Notes under the pieces: model-generated | What the model was told of the DNA's origin: nothing | Database searches by the model: none | The model's input: the letters and a program-made list of their open reading frames with translations, nothing else | Translations under genes and position numbers: made by a program | Part shown: in pieces, positions 1-13,529 of the stretch | Numbering within the stretch: the stretch's first letter is position 1 | How the letters are laid out: each line of letters begins with the position of its first letter | Source: Takakia lepidozioides | Lineage: Eukaryota > Plantae > Bryophyta | Length of the DNA: 64,000 nucleotides | Direction of reading: 5' to 3' | NCBI GenBank assembly: GCA_030704615.1 | Contig: CM060732.1 | Span: forward strand, 82,584,001-82,648,000

Positions 1-350
1 CCAACTCCTTGTCAACCACAACATCTTCCCATATTCACTTGTGGTTAGTTGCAGTTTAAAAGTGAAAAAGCCGTAGACATCCAACATCACCACATGCATA
101 AAGAGATGTCCATAAGTATCGCCATTGTTGATCTTTGAAGGTGCGTGAAGAGGCAATAACCTATATCAACATTGACGTATGTGTCAGTCCAGAATTATAG
201 TTGAGTGCTATGACAAGTTCTATGAAGTCGCAGACCATCAGGAGGGTTAGTGGGTGGGAAGGACGATCTGTATTATCACCATCTCAGCAGGGAAATTAAT
301 CAGACGGTCTTTGCTCTTCAAAAATAGAAACAAGCGAAGGGTGACAGTAC

Positions 351-3300
351 CTCCCACTGATTTGGAACGCCGCCACGGACAATGACACTGTGTGTAGGGA
401 GGGGAAATGGTGGCAGCATCTGCAAAAATCACAGTGACCATCAATCCTTTTTGGACTGAACTAAGCAGAAATCAGCCAAAACTCATATTCAAGAGACATG
501 TGGAGTTAGATATGTATAGAAAGATCTGAAATAAAACAGAGGTTGGAAGGTGATTTTAAGCCTCTGGTACCCAGCACTTGACCTTCAACCACTGGAGATC
601 TGAACCATTAGTATCGTAGCTTGATACATATCACAATGGACATAAACCATGTCACTTGGTTTCAAGTACCTTGAATAGAAAATTTGACATAAGAACTACA
701 GCCTAGGGAACTCAGATGCCATCACTGAGATTAAAATTTCTTTCTCATTATAAAGTATCATTTGGTTTCATTCTCTTTCAGCTGGCAACATGGCCATTGT
801 AGTACCTCATCAGAACAGGCTCCATACAGGAAACAACGCATACGAAATTGGGGCAGGCCATAACAGCCAGCGACCATAAGCCCAATTTTAGCCTGCAAGT
901 AAATTCACAATCAGAACTGAAATACAATATCAAACCAAGACTCGGATGACACACCTACAAAAAATTTTACTTCCCTTGTTTCGTTTGTTGAATTGTAGAA
1001 GGATGTTCACCAGAGGCAGCAGAGTGAAAGAGCGGGGCTGAGCATTCTCAGACAGGGGACATGCCCTAGAGGAATATGGCACCAGATGTCACACAAGATG
1101 TAGATGACTACTCATGTGGCCAGCTTAGTTTAGCAGGAGAAAGAAACAGAACCAGTTGAAAATGAAAGTGTATGAGATATTGACAGCGTACGATCAACAA
1201 AGAAGAAAAGATAGGAGCTATGGGAAGCAAAGAACCTATGAAGAAAAATAGAAAAATAGAAACATTGTACATCCACAGAAGGACGTGAGGCTTGAGAATG
1301 GACAATGACAAAGCTGCACCTGTGACAGAGCAATCTTTCAGTCAAAGCCAATGCATCTGGTGTAACAAATGCTAACAGCAGACATCTGGAAGTTTAAAAA
1401 AAAACAAGGAAACTCTCGCCTGATAATTCATACACACAGCCCTGGCAAGAGCATAGCGGCCCAGAATGCCTCCGCAAAACTTCAGGATGTCAACAACATT
1501 CTCCATTAGAATGAACCGTGGACGCAAAAAGTCGACAATGTCCATGTACACCACTATCTGCTTGTTCCGGGGATCTTCCAGCGGCTCCACACTGTTCCTA
1601 AACCGATTGAATCCACTGGCACCCTGGCATGGGGGCCCCCCACAGATGACATCCACATCACCCTGCCAAAATCATCCACAAATTTCTGCTCAGCAATAGG
1701 AAAGTCATAAAGGAATGATCGAAAGTCAGATTTGCCACCTGCCATGTGCTTGCTATGTTCCAACTGTCATACATTAATAAAACATTAAAATTGAGAGAGA
1801 GAAGCTATACACGTAGCGGCAGAATCTTGCATCTCCTTCCTTCAAGCACAAATTGTTGGACAAGCTCTGGGCATCCCCTGGAAGCCATGATGTCTGCAAA
1901 GTGAGAAAAAAACTGGCTCTAGAGAGATGAGCACTGTTCAACTTTTGATTGCTCATACATTGTCAGATATCCATCAATCCACAATGATAGTGAAATTTCC
2001 TGATGCTAGAGTCCATCCCTACATTCAAATGTACCAACAACTGAAGAGCTCCAAAATTGTCCTCAATTAAGTCGAGTTCCCATCCATGCAGACAGTTTGA
2101 TAAACTATCTGGATGTAGCAGATGGTTATGTCAACAAATCTCTCCAATGAAGTGGGGATGATATTGACTTTCTGCAGCAGGTTGCACAGCAAGATTGGCA
2201 GCACCAACTGACATGTGGGACAAAAATAGAATGGGTATCAACTAGAGAAAGGTTCGTTCTAGTCTATGACAGCTTTATCGAAAATATATTCAATAATCTA
2301 AGGCCTCTGAGGTGCATTGTAAGACACATTTAAACTTCAGCCTTCAAACACATTGAAGGGTCCCCCTGATGTACCCTTGTCAGTCAGCAAAGGAAGACAT
2401 TTCACATGGTGTAGAAAACATACACCATGCTTGCAGCAGGCTCCCATGTGTTATGCTCGTCAGAGTAGCCCTTCCACTTTACCTGTGCATGATAGTGTCA
2501 ACACTCAGAAGGTTTATTAATCGAAATACAGGGAACAGATTTAAAACTAAACAAGGGACAAGATGTGCCCAAACCCAGGCTGCAGCAAAGTACTGCCAAC
2601 AAGGCCAGATTAAAGCAGGAGTCTATAGTAGTTTGAGCAGGATGGCAAGATAATAATAGAGTCAGTCAGCAATAGGTGGTCTTGCCTTGCATAGACTCAC
2701 CACCCTATATTCTTTAGATGATATTTTGATCTACAGTAAGAGTCTTGCCAAGCATAGAAACCACCTCAGACAAGTGTTACAAGCCAACTCAGCAATCTTG
2801 CCAGGAGGAAATATCCAAGCATCAGTCATAATGAGATGTCAAGGTTTCACGCTAATTGCATTATATTAAAGTTGCTGGTTGGAATGAGGTGTGAAGGGTC
2901 TGATTCTGAACTCTGAGGCAGACAGGCCAAAAAAGACAAACCTTGTATTCAATGCCCTTATTAAAAGGTTGATCCTCATGCTTCACAATTCCCCTGTGAC
3001 TGGTTAATTTGTCAGAACATGCTGACTTATCATCCTCTTCCTTTGATCTGATCACACGTCCCTTGTTGTCTACGTTACCAACCAATCGAATTCCAATGAG
3101 CCTGTCAACTGCATATTCTCCCTCTGGAAGGGGACTGTCACCATCATCATCATCATTCTCCTGACTTTTCTCAGGTTCGTAGTCAGCAGGCTCAGGGTAC
3201 TTATCGCATAGATTCTTCCACTCTTTTAGCAAGGACAAGAAGTCCTCAGCAGCCTCCTTACGGACCTATACATCCAACAGTGCCCGCATCTCTATGTTAT

Positions 3301-6300
3301 TGGGTGAAAAGGAATGGTACTTTATAACATCTGCGAAAAGCTCAAAGAGCTTAAGGAAGAAACAAGAAATAGAAAGGGGCCACAAACAGCCCAAAAGCAA
3401 CTAAAGCTCAAAGGATTGTCTAAGAATCAACACTGCATGCAGGCAAGCATTTCTGATCCTCGTAATCCGTCCATCCATCCATCCAGCCGCATTTCTGATC
3501 CTTGTAATGGAAGACCTCCATGAGAGATGGGGTATCCCGGAATAGACAGTTGAATCTCCCTCAGATCTCTTAGAATAAAGGGCAGTGAAAGAAAGAAAGG
3601 AAAAACAAAGCTTGTGATTTGGACAAAGACCAAAGACAAGCAAAGGAGGACAGGGCCCTGGTGTTCTCTGTGTGAGGGGAGAACTTTGTAACCTCTGGAA
3701 GGGAACCTATACCTGAGTGTCACTCTAAAAGCTTAGTAGCTCTGCATGATTCTTCTTGGAAGGTGACATCTATGACAAGCTCTGGTTGTGCACGTGACAG
3801 GAAAACTGAAGGAAGGGGAGGAAACAAGAAAGTGCGATGATCTGGGGCAGAGAGGGGGTTACAACAAAATTCTATACATCTGCAGGTATAAGAAGTGACC
3901 TTCGTCTCGGGATGATTATGCTTGATTGATATGCAGGCATATTCATTCAAGTCCACTGCCCACCTCTGCAATACCATACAATAGTCAACAAGAAATCAGA
4001 TGAGGGGTGCAAGTATTTAGGAATGAATTTAGTAGAGACTGCAGCATGTGATCGAAACGATGTTTGTAAGAACCTGCAAATTGTAAATTGTGAAGTATTG
4101 GCATGGTTTAAGCAATCTACTATGCATCAATTAATTGTGTGTCAGTCAATCTGTCAGTCTCATGAGCAAATAGAAGCCAGCAAAGCAGATTGGATGACAA
4201 CACCAAAAAGCAATTTTTTTTAAATGTAGAGAAGAAAGAAAAGATCAAAGACCTATCAAGCATGCATTCGGCATTCCAGCATTAAAACCCAGGCTTTGTG
4301 TACAAAACTGCAAGCATGAATGTTACCGTCACAAGGTTGGCCCCTGCCAAGTTTGCACCCAAGCATAGGCCTGTCGACATGGCCCCACAGCCGCAATACA
4401 AATCAAGCAGCTGAAGCTCAGATTTCAACTCCTCCCTTCTATCATTTGCAGTGCTTGCCTTCCACACCAACTTCGGCTTGGGACAAGATTGTACGGAAGA
4501 TTTTGAAACTGGGATTGGAGCACTCCCATCATCACTCTCAACAGTTGAAACGTCACTGCTAGTTCTGTTCATCCAGACAGCATCTGTATTTAAAGCATCA
4601 TTAGTAGATCATCAGAGCGGTTAGCACCAGATACTTCAGTAAGTCCTCGATACATCTAACATGGCGGGTAATCTTTTCTCAACCTCACTCTCTCCCATCC
4701 CCCGGCCTTCCCAAGCAGAGGATATAAGACCACTTGAATTTGAGCCTCTGTTGGCAACCAAGGATCAGGAAGCAGTCCAGGTCTTTGCAAATGAAATGGC
4801 CAGAAAAGGAGAGAGAAATAATGATGATGTTACAGAGAACCATTTGCAAGTTAGTATGTTTTCGAAAGTGTGAAATAAACATCAGCTTAACAGCCTCTCA
4901 TAAGGTTTTTTTCACCCCATCTTCTAATTCAATCAAGTATTTAGATAGGACTTACCACCTAGGACCTCTGGGAGCTCATAGAATGTTGAGTATGCATATT
5001 TGTAGCCCTTATCAAAGTAGTAGTCACACGGAGGTATCACCCTTGGACCTTTGTTGAATCTAGTCTGTAATCAGCCAAAAGAGCCAAATCAACAATATCC
5101 AATCCACGGCCTAATGTTGCTGAAGGTTAGGGAGCCACAGGATCATCAATGAAGATAAAAAACATTTCTTCCAATAGGTCATAACAAAGGAATAAAAAAA
5201 TTGAATACACCCCACACTAGGATTCATGGTTGCATCAAGATGAGTTTAGTCCAAGATGTGCTTGGAGGATTTCAGGCAGATAACCTGGACAGGTTGATGG
5301 ACCATTTAAAGACAAATCCTAGAATATAACTTTGTGATGCTGAGCTCAAAAGGTTGGCTCTACAAGAATTGTGAAGTAGGTGAAATTTGCTGCCAGAATC
5401 AGGATTCAATCTAAGATAGAACAACTCTGCATTCATGGTCTGCATGGAGGCAAAAGACATGGGGGAGGGGGAGAGAGGAAACTTACCAGAGAAGGCACTC
5501 GAACCACTCTCTTCTTCTCTATGATACACTCCAAAAGATTATCATCTTTCTCTTCAGAATAAAATACACGTCTTTTGTCATGATCTTTCCCCTCATTACC
5601 CATTGCCTGCATTTCAGCATTGAAGTCTGTCAGCACAAGAGCAAAGAGGTGACCTGCACAAAGGCAGCCAGTTCGTTTATCTCAAGCAATTAGGGACTAT
5701 CTCCTTTAGTTGAAATACGAAGAAAATGTTTTAGTTAGTAGATAGAGATGTAAGAATCTCCATATTTCATAGGACTGATTGCTTTGAACAGAGCAAGTGC
5801 ATTTGCTAAGCATCGAGCATAATAAGCAAGTGGGCAATCACTAAAAGTTGTCTCATCAATTAGTATAGCTACTAAGCGATAATGGAGCATCAGGATCTTG
5901 GAAAAACGAGGAAATACATTTCCTTGGACTCAATGTTATCTCTAAGCAAACACATGTTATGTAATGAGTATACCGTTTCTTCAGCTCGGAAGAACCACTT
6001 TACTGCCAACCACTGACTGTCATCATCTTTTTCAAAGAACTCAGTGATACTCGCTAAATAGTCATGTCCAGTATCATTCTGCAAAATGAAACAACACTTC
6101 ACATATTACGCCAGCTGAAATTTTTCAGAGCAGATTCATGACAAGGGTTAGCAGGGTAGCCACTTTCTTGGAAGACTAGAATCAGGCTCTTGCCCCAGAT
6201 AAATTCTCCCTCTTTTCTTTCTGTAGTGATTTTCCAGCCTCACAAAATTTGACCTGCGTGGTTGTGGATATCTGTTGTACCACTACATTCAGACGTAAAA

Positions 6301-8752
6301 AGAACACATGAGAGACATGCCAATGACCTGAATGGGCGCAAGTGAGGAAAATTGATGATGACCTGTGCCACTATTTCACCTGATTCCTCGTTGCAATGAA
6401 AGAATGCATCAGCCTCATTAAGACAACCAAAATCATATTCATCCGTTGAATTGGCATACTGACAGGAAGATGAGACATTAATTTGTTGCTCCTTCGCCAA
6501 GGACACACTGGGATTAAGGTGTGAGGCTGGACAAACACTACGCTGGCTGGTTTAATCCTGGAACAAGTCAGGATTGAATAGAAAATGAAGCAAGATGGGG
6601 CCAGATCTCATACACATGCTCCTTGACTGTAAGGGCTCCCCCAATTTAAAAGGTGAGTTCGCAGATCAATCACGCAACCAAGTTTCATTTGTGCCAATTT
6701 ATTATACTTAAAGATTTAGAAGCTCAAGCCACTTAGGGAGGGCAATGATGCACATGTGGCTGGGTAGGACATCCAGACGCAAGACTGACAGGTGGCCCAA
6801 TGCCCAAGTGGGCTACCTGTTGATACAGTCCATCATCAGGAGTGGAGGGAGACTAACTTACGTTCACGTGGACACAGTCCCCCAACAGATAAACTTGGCC
6901 ATCAACTTCTGCTTGCTTGTAATGGGCAGTAACCCGCACCTGTGGCTCTGTCTCAATGTCTCCTCTGCAAGCAATGAACTGACACTTTTCAACTACACAC
7001 ACAAATCAGGTTAAGGAGGTAATAAATAATAAAGAGTGCTGTATGTTGCTATCATTACTCAGTTGCCAAAGGCTGAAAGAATCATCACCTTTCTCCTTTC
7101 TCCTTGTGTTTCTCACAGCCGGAACCAAAGAAGCGAAACTAGTCTTGTGAGCTTGGATTACAGGTCAGTCAACTGAAACTTACTAAACTCTAATGGATTC
7201 CTTCTTCAGACATTCAATATAACAAAGATTTATTGTGTTAATTCAGCTAGCTGACTTGGATATGATCAAAATTACTGCAACCACTTGAAACTAGCCACCA
7301 TCAAGTCCCCAGTCACAAACAGTAACCCATTCTTCAGACATTGGGTTGAAAGCTCTATGCAGTTGACCAAAACTCTGTTTTGTCCCTGTTCTAATGGTAT
7401 TGATGCACAATGCATATCTACAGCCAGAACATTGCCAGCACTTGATAGAATCGTTTTCGAATGTGGAGATGGCTTTGAAATGTGACGATGCTTATTGCTG
7501 TCAAAACTGATGCTCTCCTCAGTGATACCAGACTGCAGTCACATCACACAAACTAATTAATAAGATGTAAACCTTTGGAGGATGACAAAGGATGAAAGCT
7601 AATCAACTTTAAAAGCTAACATGCTGGAGGAGATGGAAAAACAAAAGGAAGGTAAGAAAAAACTTCGTTCCTCATTTCCACATAAACTGATTTTGCAATC
7701 CAGGAAGCTTTCACAGCCCAAGAAGGCTTCATGTGATTTCTGCCAAGTGACAATGAGGCTGGACAGATAAGTCTCTGACATGCTACTTCTTCCCTGGTTA
7801 AGCCTAGTAATTTGGAAACAAAGCAGAGTGACAACTATCATTTCCATAGCTGATTTGGTAACAACGCTGATAGCACCTACTGCTGGTAGTTTTAAGTTTG
7901 TTAGACATGTGAATCATGCAAGAACCAACTGGTCAATATATTATCGAACAGATGCAACAGTGGGAACTTTGAGGCCAACCATATGTGGGGACCTGGTTTC
8001 CATGGAGAGGAGAATACAATTATGAGAGCTCACAGGAATAACTTAGTGCAACCACATTATTCAGCCATTCTCAATTTTAGAGCAGCTGAGAGCACCAGAG
8101 CTCAAATCAGATTCGTAGCATTGATTTGAAGCACATTCCAGACACTACCTTTCAGTCAGTCTAGCGTATCTCACTTGCTAGTACATATTATCAACACAGC
8201 AAGTTACAACCCGAGCATTGTAACATAGCTTGCAAAATAAATCCACAGGAACATGACACGTAGCTTCCCATTACCTTTGTCGTTGATTTGTTTGGATAGC
8301 GATGCGGAAAGTCACGGGTGGCCACGTGACTAGGAATCCGATTACTCTTCACAAATGAGGAGCTGATCGCCCTCCGAGATTGCTTTACTGGATTGCACTC
8401 GATTTTTAACTGCCGGCTCTCGATGACCACGGGAGCCTCACATTGCCCAACCTCGTCATCCTCATTGTCTCTCTACAGTGAAGATAGAATCGGAGAGATC
8501 CACAGTCTCTCCCTCTTCAGCCTTTCTCACCTCAGAGGCGACAGCTGACTTTTGCTTCTTCTTTGGAGCAGGCAGCTTGGGAGAAGATTTACCTCTCTTC
8601 GTTTGAGGTTTTGTCGCAACATTTGACGTGACAATATTGTCTGAGTCATGTGGAGGCGATGTAGTAGCTTTCAAAATCTTGGTCTTCGTTGAGTCTGTAT
8701 TTATGTCCCCATTGCCCAGAAGCCGGTCCCTAACTAGAGCGCGGGTTCTCAT
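351..8752 (-). CDS. CMT: Chromomethylase (CMT, CHG-type DNA cytosine-5 methyltransferase), multi-exon, 3' part continues beyond the window start
   Basis: Phase-consistent exons on the minus strand: 8531-8752 (ATG MRTRAL), 8275-8472 (..RDFPHRYP), putative microexon 7089-7111, 6862-6964 ([20 protein letters not shown]), 5974-6078 ([21 protein letters not shown]), 5487-5606, 4956-5064 ([16 protein letters not shown]), 4327-4583 (motif [16 protein letters not shown]), 3900-3965 (WAVDLN), 2942-3265 and 2424-2482 (chromodomain EYAVDR..VKWKGY..TWEP), 1811-1877, 1420-1662 (catalytic GGPPCQG and ENV), 806-892 (YGLPQFRMR), 351-419 (FPLPTH). A chromodomain inserted between motifs I and IV is diagnostic of CMT. 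Confidence 0.95.
2708..2782 (+). mobile_element. Ty3/gypsy reverse transcriptase fragment inside a CMT intron
   Basis: Translates [25 protein letters not shown], matching the YxDD region of gypsy RT. No flanking element is visible. Confidence 0.75.
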
Positions 8753-9723
8753 GGCAAACTGAGGACTCTCTCCTTCTGGAGAAATTGGGAAACACAAGCT
8801 AAGGTATCAAGCTCTAAGAAAAATTATATAATGTCAAATACCAAGAGGAAATCCACAGAAAGAGCAGACCAGGGTGTAGAAAAAAACAAGGGGAAACGAT
8901 CAAGGATAGCACAATGGCTGTTTCTAGGCTCTGGAACTTACAACGGAACGATATGTGATGAAAGACCGTCAGAGATGAAGTGGAAAGACAAGAGAGAAAG
9001 TCGACATTCACGTCGTATATCTCGCCTGTGGAAGGAAACACTAAAATCTAACACAAACTGCATGCTGACAGTGAGACAGACAGAGCGACATCCCTTCGTT
9101 GCAAAAATGAACAATCGAGATTTGGAAAGTATTTGTTAAATCTGATAGACCTAGGCACACAGAGACATTCTCCGGGATTTTGAGAATTACTTCAGGATCC
9201 AAGAGGCAATCATAAATTCGAGTTGGATCTGTGACGACTGACAGCAGTCTCATCAACGCGGAAAATCATGTTTCCGCAAAACTAAAAGTAAATGGGATCC
9301 AGCAATTAGACGGGTCTGAAAGAGATAGGGCGTGATAAGCTAATGATACACACTCAAGGAACAGATGACGAGTGTGTGCGCGGGAAGCTGGGGCAAGTGC
9401 GCGACAGGAGTGAGGCAGGCCACCTTGCCGGGAATGAATCTTCGTCAGGCCTAGCCTGCACCACCGGAATCATAGCTCATTCATCCGCCAAGTGTAAAAG
9501 AAGTAGCTTAGCGCCGAGGATTATCCGACGAAGGAAGTAAGTAGGGTGCAGTACAGACTGCAGAAGCGCATAAGTGCGGTAGGGGTACTTGAGAGAGACA
9601 CATGCAATGGATCCAGAGAATCCGATGCGAAATTCGAGAGGTTCAAAAACGGGCCAGTGGTCGTTTAAGGGTTAAGTTAAGGGACCTTGCTGAGCCCTAC
9701 AAAGGGAAAAGTCCCGTAAATCT

Positions 9724-10712
9724 TAACGATATAATAATAGTATATGACGCCTCCCAAAATTATGGTGTTTGACACCAAGGGGTCCTGCCTCCCGGAGGGA
9801 AGGTGGGCAGTGGGCACCTTTGTGACACCAATCGGTGGATTGAACCCACCACCACTTCTCAAGCTTTCCCCCCAGAAATATTGTCAAAGCACTTCGCTAT
9901 ATCGACATCAAAAAGCCATCGTAGTGATCATCGCTTATCCAGTAACAAAGCCTTGCTATAGGTGCGATGATGGCGATCGGAATTACACTTCACAACGGGA
10001 TCTACTGCCGCCATATGATATACGGCTTGAACCGCACGGTCAATAATAGTGGGAATCCTTTTATCTGTGGTGTCGGGCCATACACGATTCATAGGACTCT
10101 AGTCTTTCTGAGCCTAACGAAGAACAAAAAGCAGTTTCAGTTTCCTCAATGCTTGTGTGCCCCCCTCCGGAGGCGTGGGGCGATGAGAAATCGCTTGTAG
10201 TCGCACTAATTGGTCATTTCCATGACATCCTTTCTTTGAACCCAGTTTTTAGTTGTTCTGCGTTAACACACCAAAAAACCCTAATTCTTTGCCCGGCCTT
10301 GGTCCTTGACATTAGAAAGTGCTATGACACGATCGACCGGCACCGCTTAGTCTCGATTCTCCAGGAGGAGATCCATGATCAACGGTTTATGGATCCGATA
10401 TTGAAGCTGTTCAAGGCAGAGGCCGCAGATCGCCTGAAGCGGGAGTCCCACAAGGTAGCTCTGCCAGATCCCGCCATAGAACCGGATGAAATAAAAGTAA
10501 AAACTTATGGATACACCTAGCTTGTTCAACAACTCACAGGTAACTTCGCGAAGGAAAACCCTGTCTGTAGAGGCTGTTAAGATAGCTGGTAGTGCGATAG
10601 ACGCGTCTACTGCGGCGGGGGGTACTTGGTCATATCCCGGGTACGTGGATAATTTAAATGAGGCGAATAAAAGGTGGTATGTGCCCATTATGTAGAGTGG
10701 GCTACAACTTGG
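9724..10712 (-). mobile_element. tRNA-derived SINE copy split by an 813-bp insertion (SINE parts 9724-9858 and 10672-10712)
   Basis: Both parts align colinearly with the uninterrupted copy at 51778-51901 (accacttc-cg-aggtggtatgtgcccatta). B-box GGTTCAATCC lies on the minus strand at about 9837-9846. Confidence 0.75.
9859..10671 (+). pseudogene. Organelle-like (probable mitochondrial) insertion with a group II intron RT/maturase fragment
   Basis: About 10295-10460 encodes LVLDIRKCYDTIDRHRLVSILQEEIHDQRFMDPILKLFKA and then, after a frameshift, GVPQGS (10442-10459). These are RT blocks 3-4 of group II intron proteins; IDRHRL resembles mitochondrial MatR-type maturases. The rest of the insert is unassigned. 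Confidence 0.75.
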
Positions 10713-10895
10713 CTGTATGTACTGTGTACAAACAAAAATAAGCATTCACCTCGGTGGGATGAGGTGAGAGGCCAAAATGATGAAACCCTGAAAGACTTTA
10801 TTTACAACATGTACAATGGGTGAACGTGCATAGGATGAGAAGTTCCCCAAAAATGGGGGGGGGGGGGGGGGGGGAGGAACAAGAAACAAGAGAAG

Positions 10896-10998
10896 AAAAC
10901 AAAAAGCTATAGTAAGCTACTCAGCTAGAAGAAAAAAACAAAAGTTATAGTAAGCTACTCAACCAGCGACGAAAACAAAAGCTATAGTAAGCTACTCA
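10896..10998. repeat. Three-copy minisatellite (core AAAACAAAAGCTATAGTAAGCTACTCA) next to a poly-G tract
   Basis: Three near-identical cores of about 27 nt with a period of about 38-39 nt. Confidence 0.85.
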
Positions 10999-11067
10999 AG
11001 CAAAGCGATCCGAGGTGAAAGGGAACCTACCGCCGTGTCATAGATTTCTAGTATAAGAGATTTTTTA

Positions 11068-11453
11068 ATTAGTTGATGGTTCAGGTTCCAAATTTTTATT
11101 TTCTAAGAGGGCCCTGCTTGCAGAGCCCACCAAAGGGTGGAAGAAACCAAATAAATTGTATGTCCCTTGGTGGAGTGTTCTAGAAGGGGGCCCACCGCCT
11201 CATCATATGCCCATCCTACCGTAGACGTACAGGTGGGGAATCATGCACTGAAAAAAAAATTAGTTGATGGTTCAGGTTCCAACTTTTTATTTTCTAAGAG
11301 GGCCCTGCTTGCAGAGCCCACCAAAGGGTGGAAGAAACCAAATAAATTGTATGTCCCTTGGTGGAGTTGTCTAGAAGGGGGCCCACCGCCTCATCATATG
11401 CCCATCCTACCGTAGACGTACAGGTGGGGACATCATGCACTGAAAAAAAAAAA
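11068..11453. repeat. Near-perfect tandem duplication of about 191 bp
   Basis: ttagttgatggttcaggttcc...catgcactgaaaaaaaa occurs twice back-to-back. Confidence 0.92.
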
Positions 11454-11810
11454 ACCATTGCATGCACTCCTACCTGCGATCCCATTGGCCACTCCAACCA
11501 CCTTATAGTGCATGTGTCTACCTCCATCGACCCACATCCTTCCTCTCCAGGCCTCCCTCGGTCCCACTGATTGGCTCTTCCCCACAGTGTCTGGGTTGCC
11601 TAACCTTCCCAAACTGGCCAAATGAATTGGGGTACATAGTCTATCATTTAAAGTGAAAATTTCTTGACTTATCCTTTCGCGCACCATCCGAAATTTTGCC
11701 AAATTTGGGCCTCACATATGACCGATGAAAACTCCACATCTCCACAAATGGTCCCGGGGGGGGGGGGGGGGGCTATGTCACTTTGCAAGAGTTTCAGATA
11801 TTTCTATAGT

Positions 11811-11897
11811 AAGTATTTAAATATATTTATATTTATTTTAATATATTTATATTTATTTATTTATATTTATATTATATTTATATTTATATATTTATAT
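11811..11897. repeat. AT-rich low-complexity (TATT/TA) microsatellite
   Basis: Stretch of A/T only. Confidence 0.85.
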
Positions 11898-12277
11898 GCC
11901 TGAAAAGTTTTTTGGATGGTTTTTCTATCGAACTGTTTTTTTTTTCAGCAAAATTTTTGGAGGAAAAAGTACACTTCCTAGTGCAGCACTTACTCATAAA
12001 GTTTCGTCCAATTTGGATGAGATCTTGATGCCCATTCGTCTTGAAGGACCCCTTGTGGGTCGAAAGTATAAACTGCATTTTATTTTTCCTGGATTTTATT
12101 TTTGGGAGGGAAGAATTTCTTGGATGCAAAATCCCTAAGTTTCCAAACACATCCATTCATTGGCAAGCTTCCATTTTGAGGCCATTTCCAGGGTCAGATT
12201 GGGCTTGCCCTAGGTTAGGTTTTTGATTTTCCTTCCATGTGGGCATTTTCCTTCCATGTGGGCCTACGGCCTCCACC

Positions 12278-12450
12278 CTTTTTTTTTTTTTTTTTTTTAA
12301 TTATGACGCCCTCCCCAAGGAAGTGTAAATGATAGTGTCTCTTGACCCCGAAGGGCTACTGCCTTCCAAAAGGAAGGTGGACACATGTATGACACCAAGC
12401 AGTGGATTGAGAGGTTGTATGTGCCGCCATTACCACTGGGCTACGACCCA
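12278..12450 (-). mobile_element. tRNA-derived SINE with poly(A) tail
   Basis: The minus strand starts with A-box TAGCCCAGTGG. The body is homologous to 9724-9858 and 51778-51901 and ends in a ~20-nt A tract (T tract at about 12279-12298 on +). Confidence 0.75.
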
Positions 12451-13529
12451 TATAGTACAAGCAGCCAATGTGGGAGGGTTTGCCATTGAATGCTAATAAA
12501 GTTTGGGGCCATGTATGCAGATTTGGGCGGATTTGGTGAGTGAAATGCGATATCGAAGCTAAGGCACAATGATACCTTACAAGTCATTGGGTTCAAAGCC
12601 ACATAGCTGTATGTCATCCATTATGTCCGAAAAGGGAGGCGCCTCATTTAGAGAGAAAGGAAGTCTCCTCTGGAAGTAGACGTAATTTATGGTTTCACTT
12701 CATCTTAAAAAACAGTTTTCAAAAACATCTCACCAGTGGCATGCAACTCCCTAAACTTGCAAGTAAGGTGGCCCGGCCCTATCCATTGAGGTGAATGCAA
12801 ACGTGAAACCTTGTTAGCTACGTTTCAGCAGGGCTTGCTCTTAGGATCCCATCCCTCATGTGCCTGCCACCCGTATTATAGATTAAAGCATTAAAAGATT
12901 AATAATGTGGTAAAAACTATTGGTAGTGTGGTGGTTGAATGTATTGGTAGTTTTGAAAATGTTAAAAAAATTCAATAGAGTTATCCGTTATGGAGGGTGA
13001 GTTAGGCTAGGTTGGCCAAAAGATGAGCTAAAGTGTAATAAATGTCAAAAGAGCAGGTGAGCAAAGTACAAGGGAGGGAAAAAAAAAACCAAACTCACAA
13101 TTCCCAGAAATGAGCGTAAAACATGTTTCATCCTATATTTGGTTTTTGACATTCCTCTCCAGGTACGCGGTACGCGACGATGCGTGGAACGAAGTTGGGC
13201 AAGAAGGTTGGGGTGGGGGCCAAGCGGTCCATGCTGACATGAGGCTAACAAGTGCGCACCTTGGACGTGGGCCCGCTCGCCCATCTCTAGTTCCTCTTTT
13301 GGTACTGCATCTGCCCGACTTAACAGATATGCGCAAAGTACCCCCAAGAGGCATTGTGGGGATGTATGGAGGTGCGGTTTGGAGGGTGACTTAACGGATA
13401 ATTTTAATATTGGATAGATGTGTCACATTGAATGATCATAATTGATTGACATAAAGGAATCAAGATCCCCCTCTGTTCCTCCCCTCCCCTACTTGTTCCC
13501 AGTCTTGCTCATTTGTCTTTGTTCTCATC

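Noticed and set aside
8462-8530. Apparent frameshift and stop suggesting a CMT pseudogene
   Set aside because: Resolved by a 58-nt GT-AG intron (GAG|GTGAGA..CTGTAG|AGA) that restores the frame.
10896-10998. CRISPR-like repeat-spacer pattern
   Set aside because: Only three units with about 11-nt related spacers, in a eukaryotic context with no cas genes; an ordinary minisatellite.
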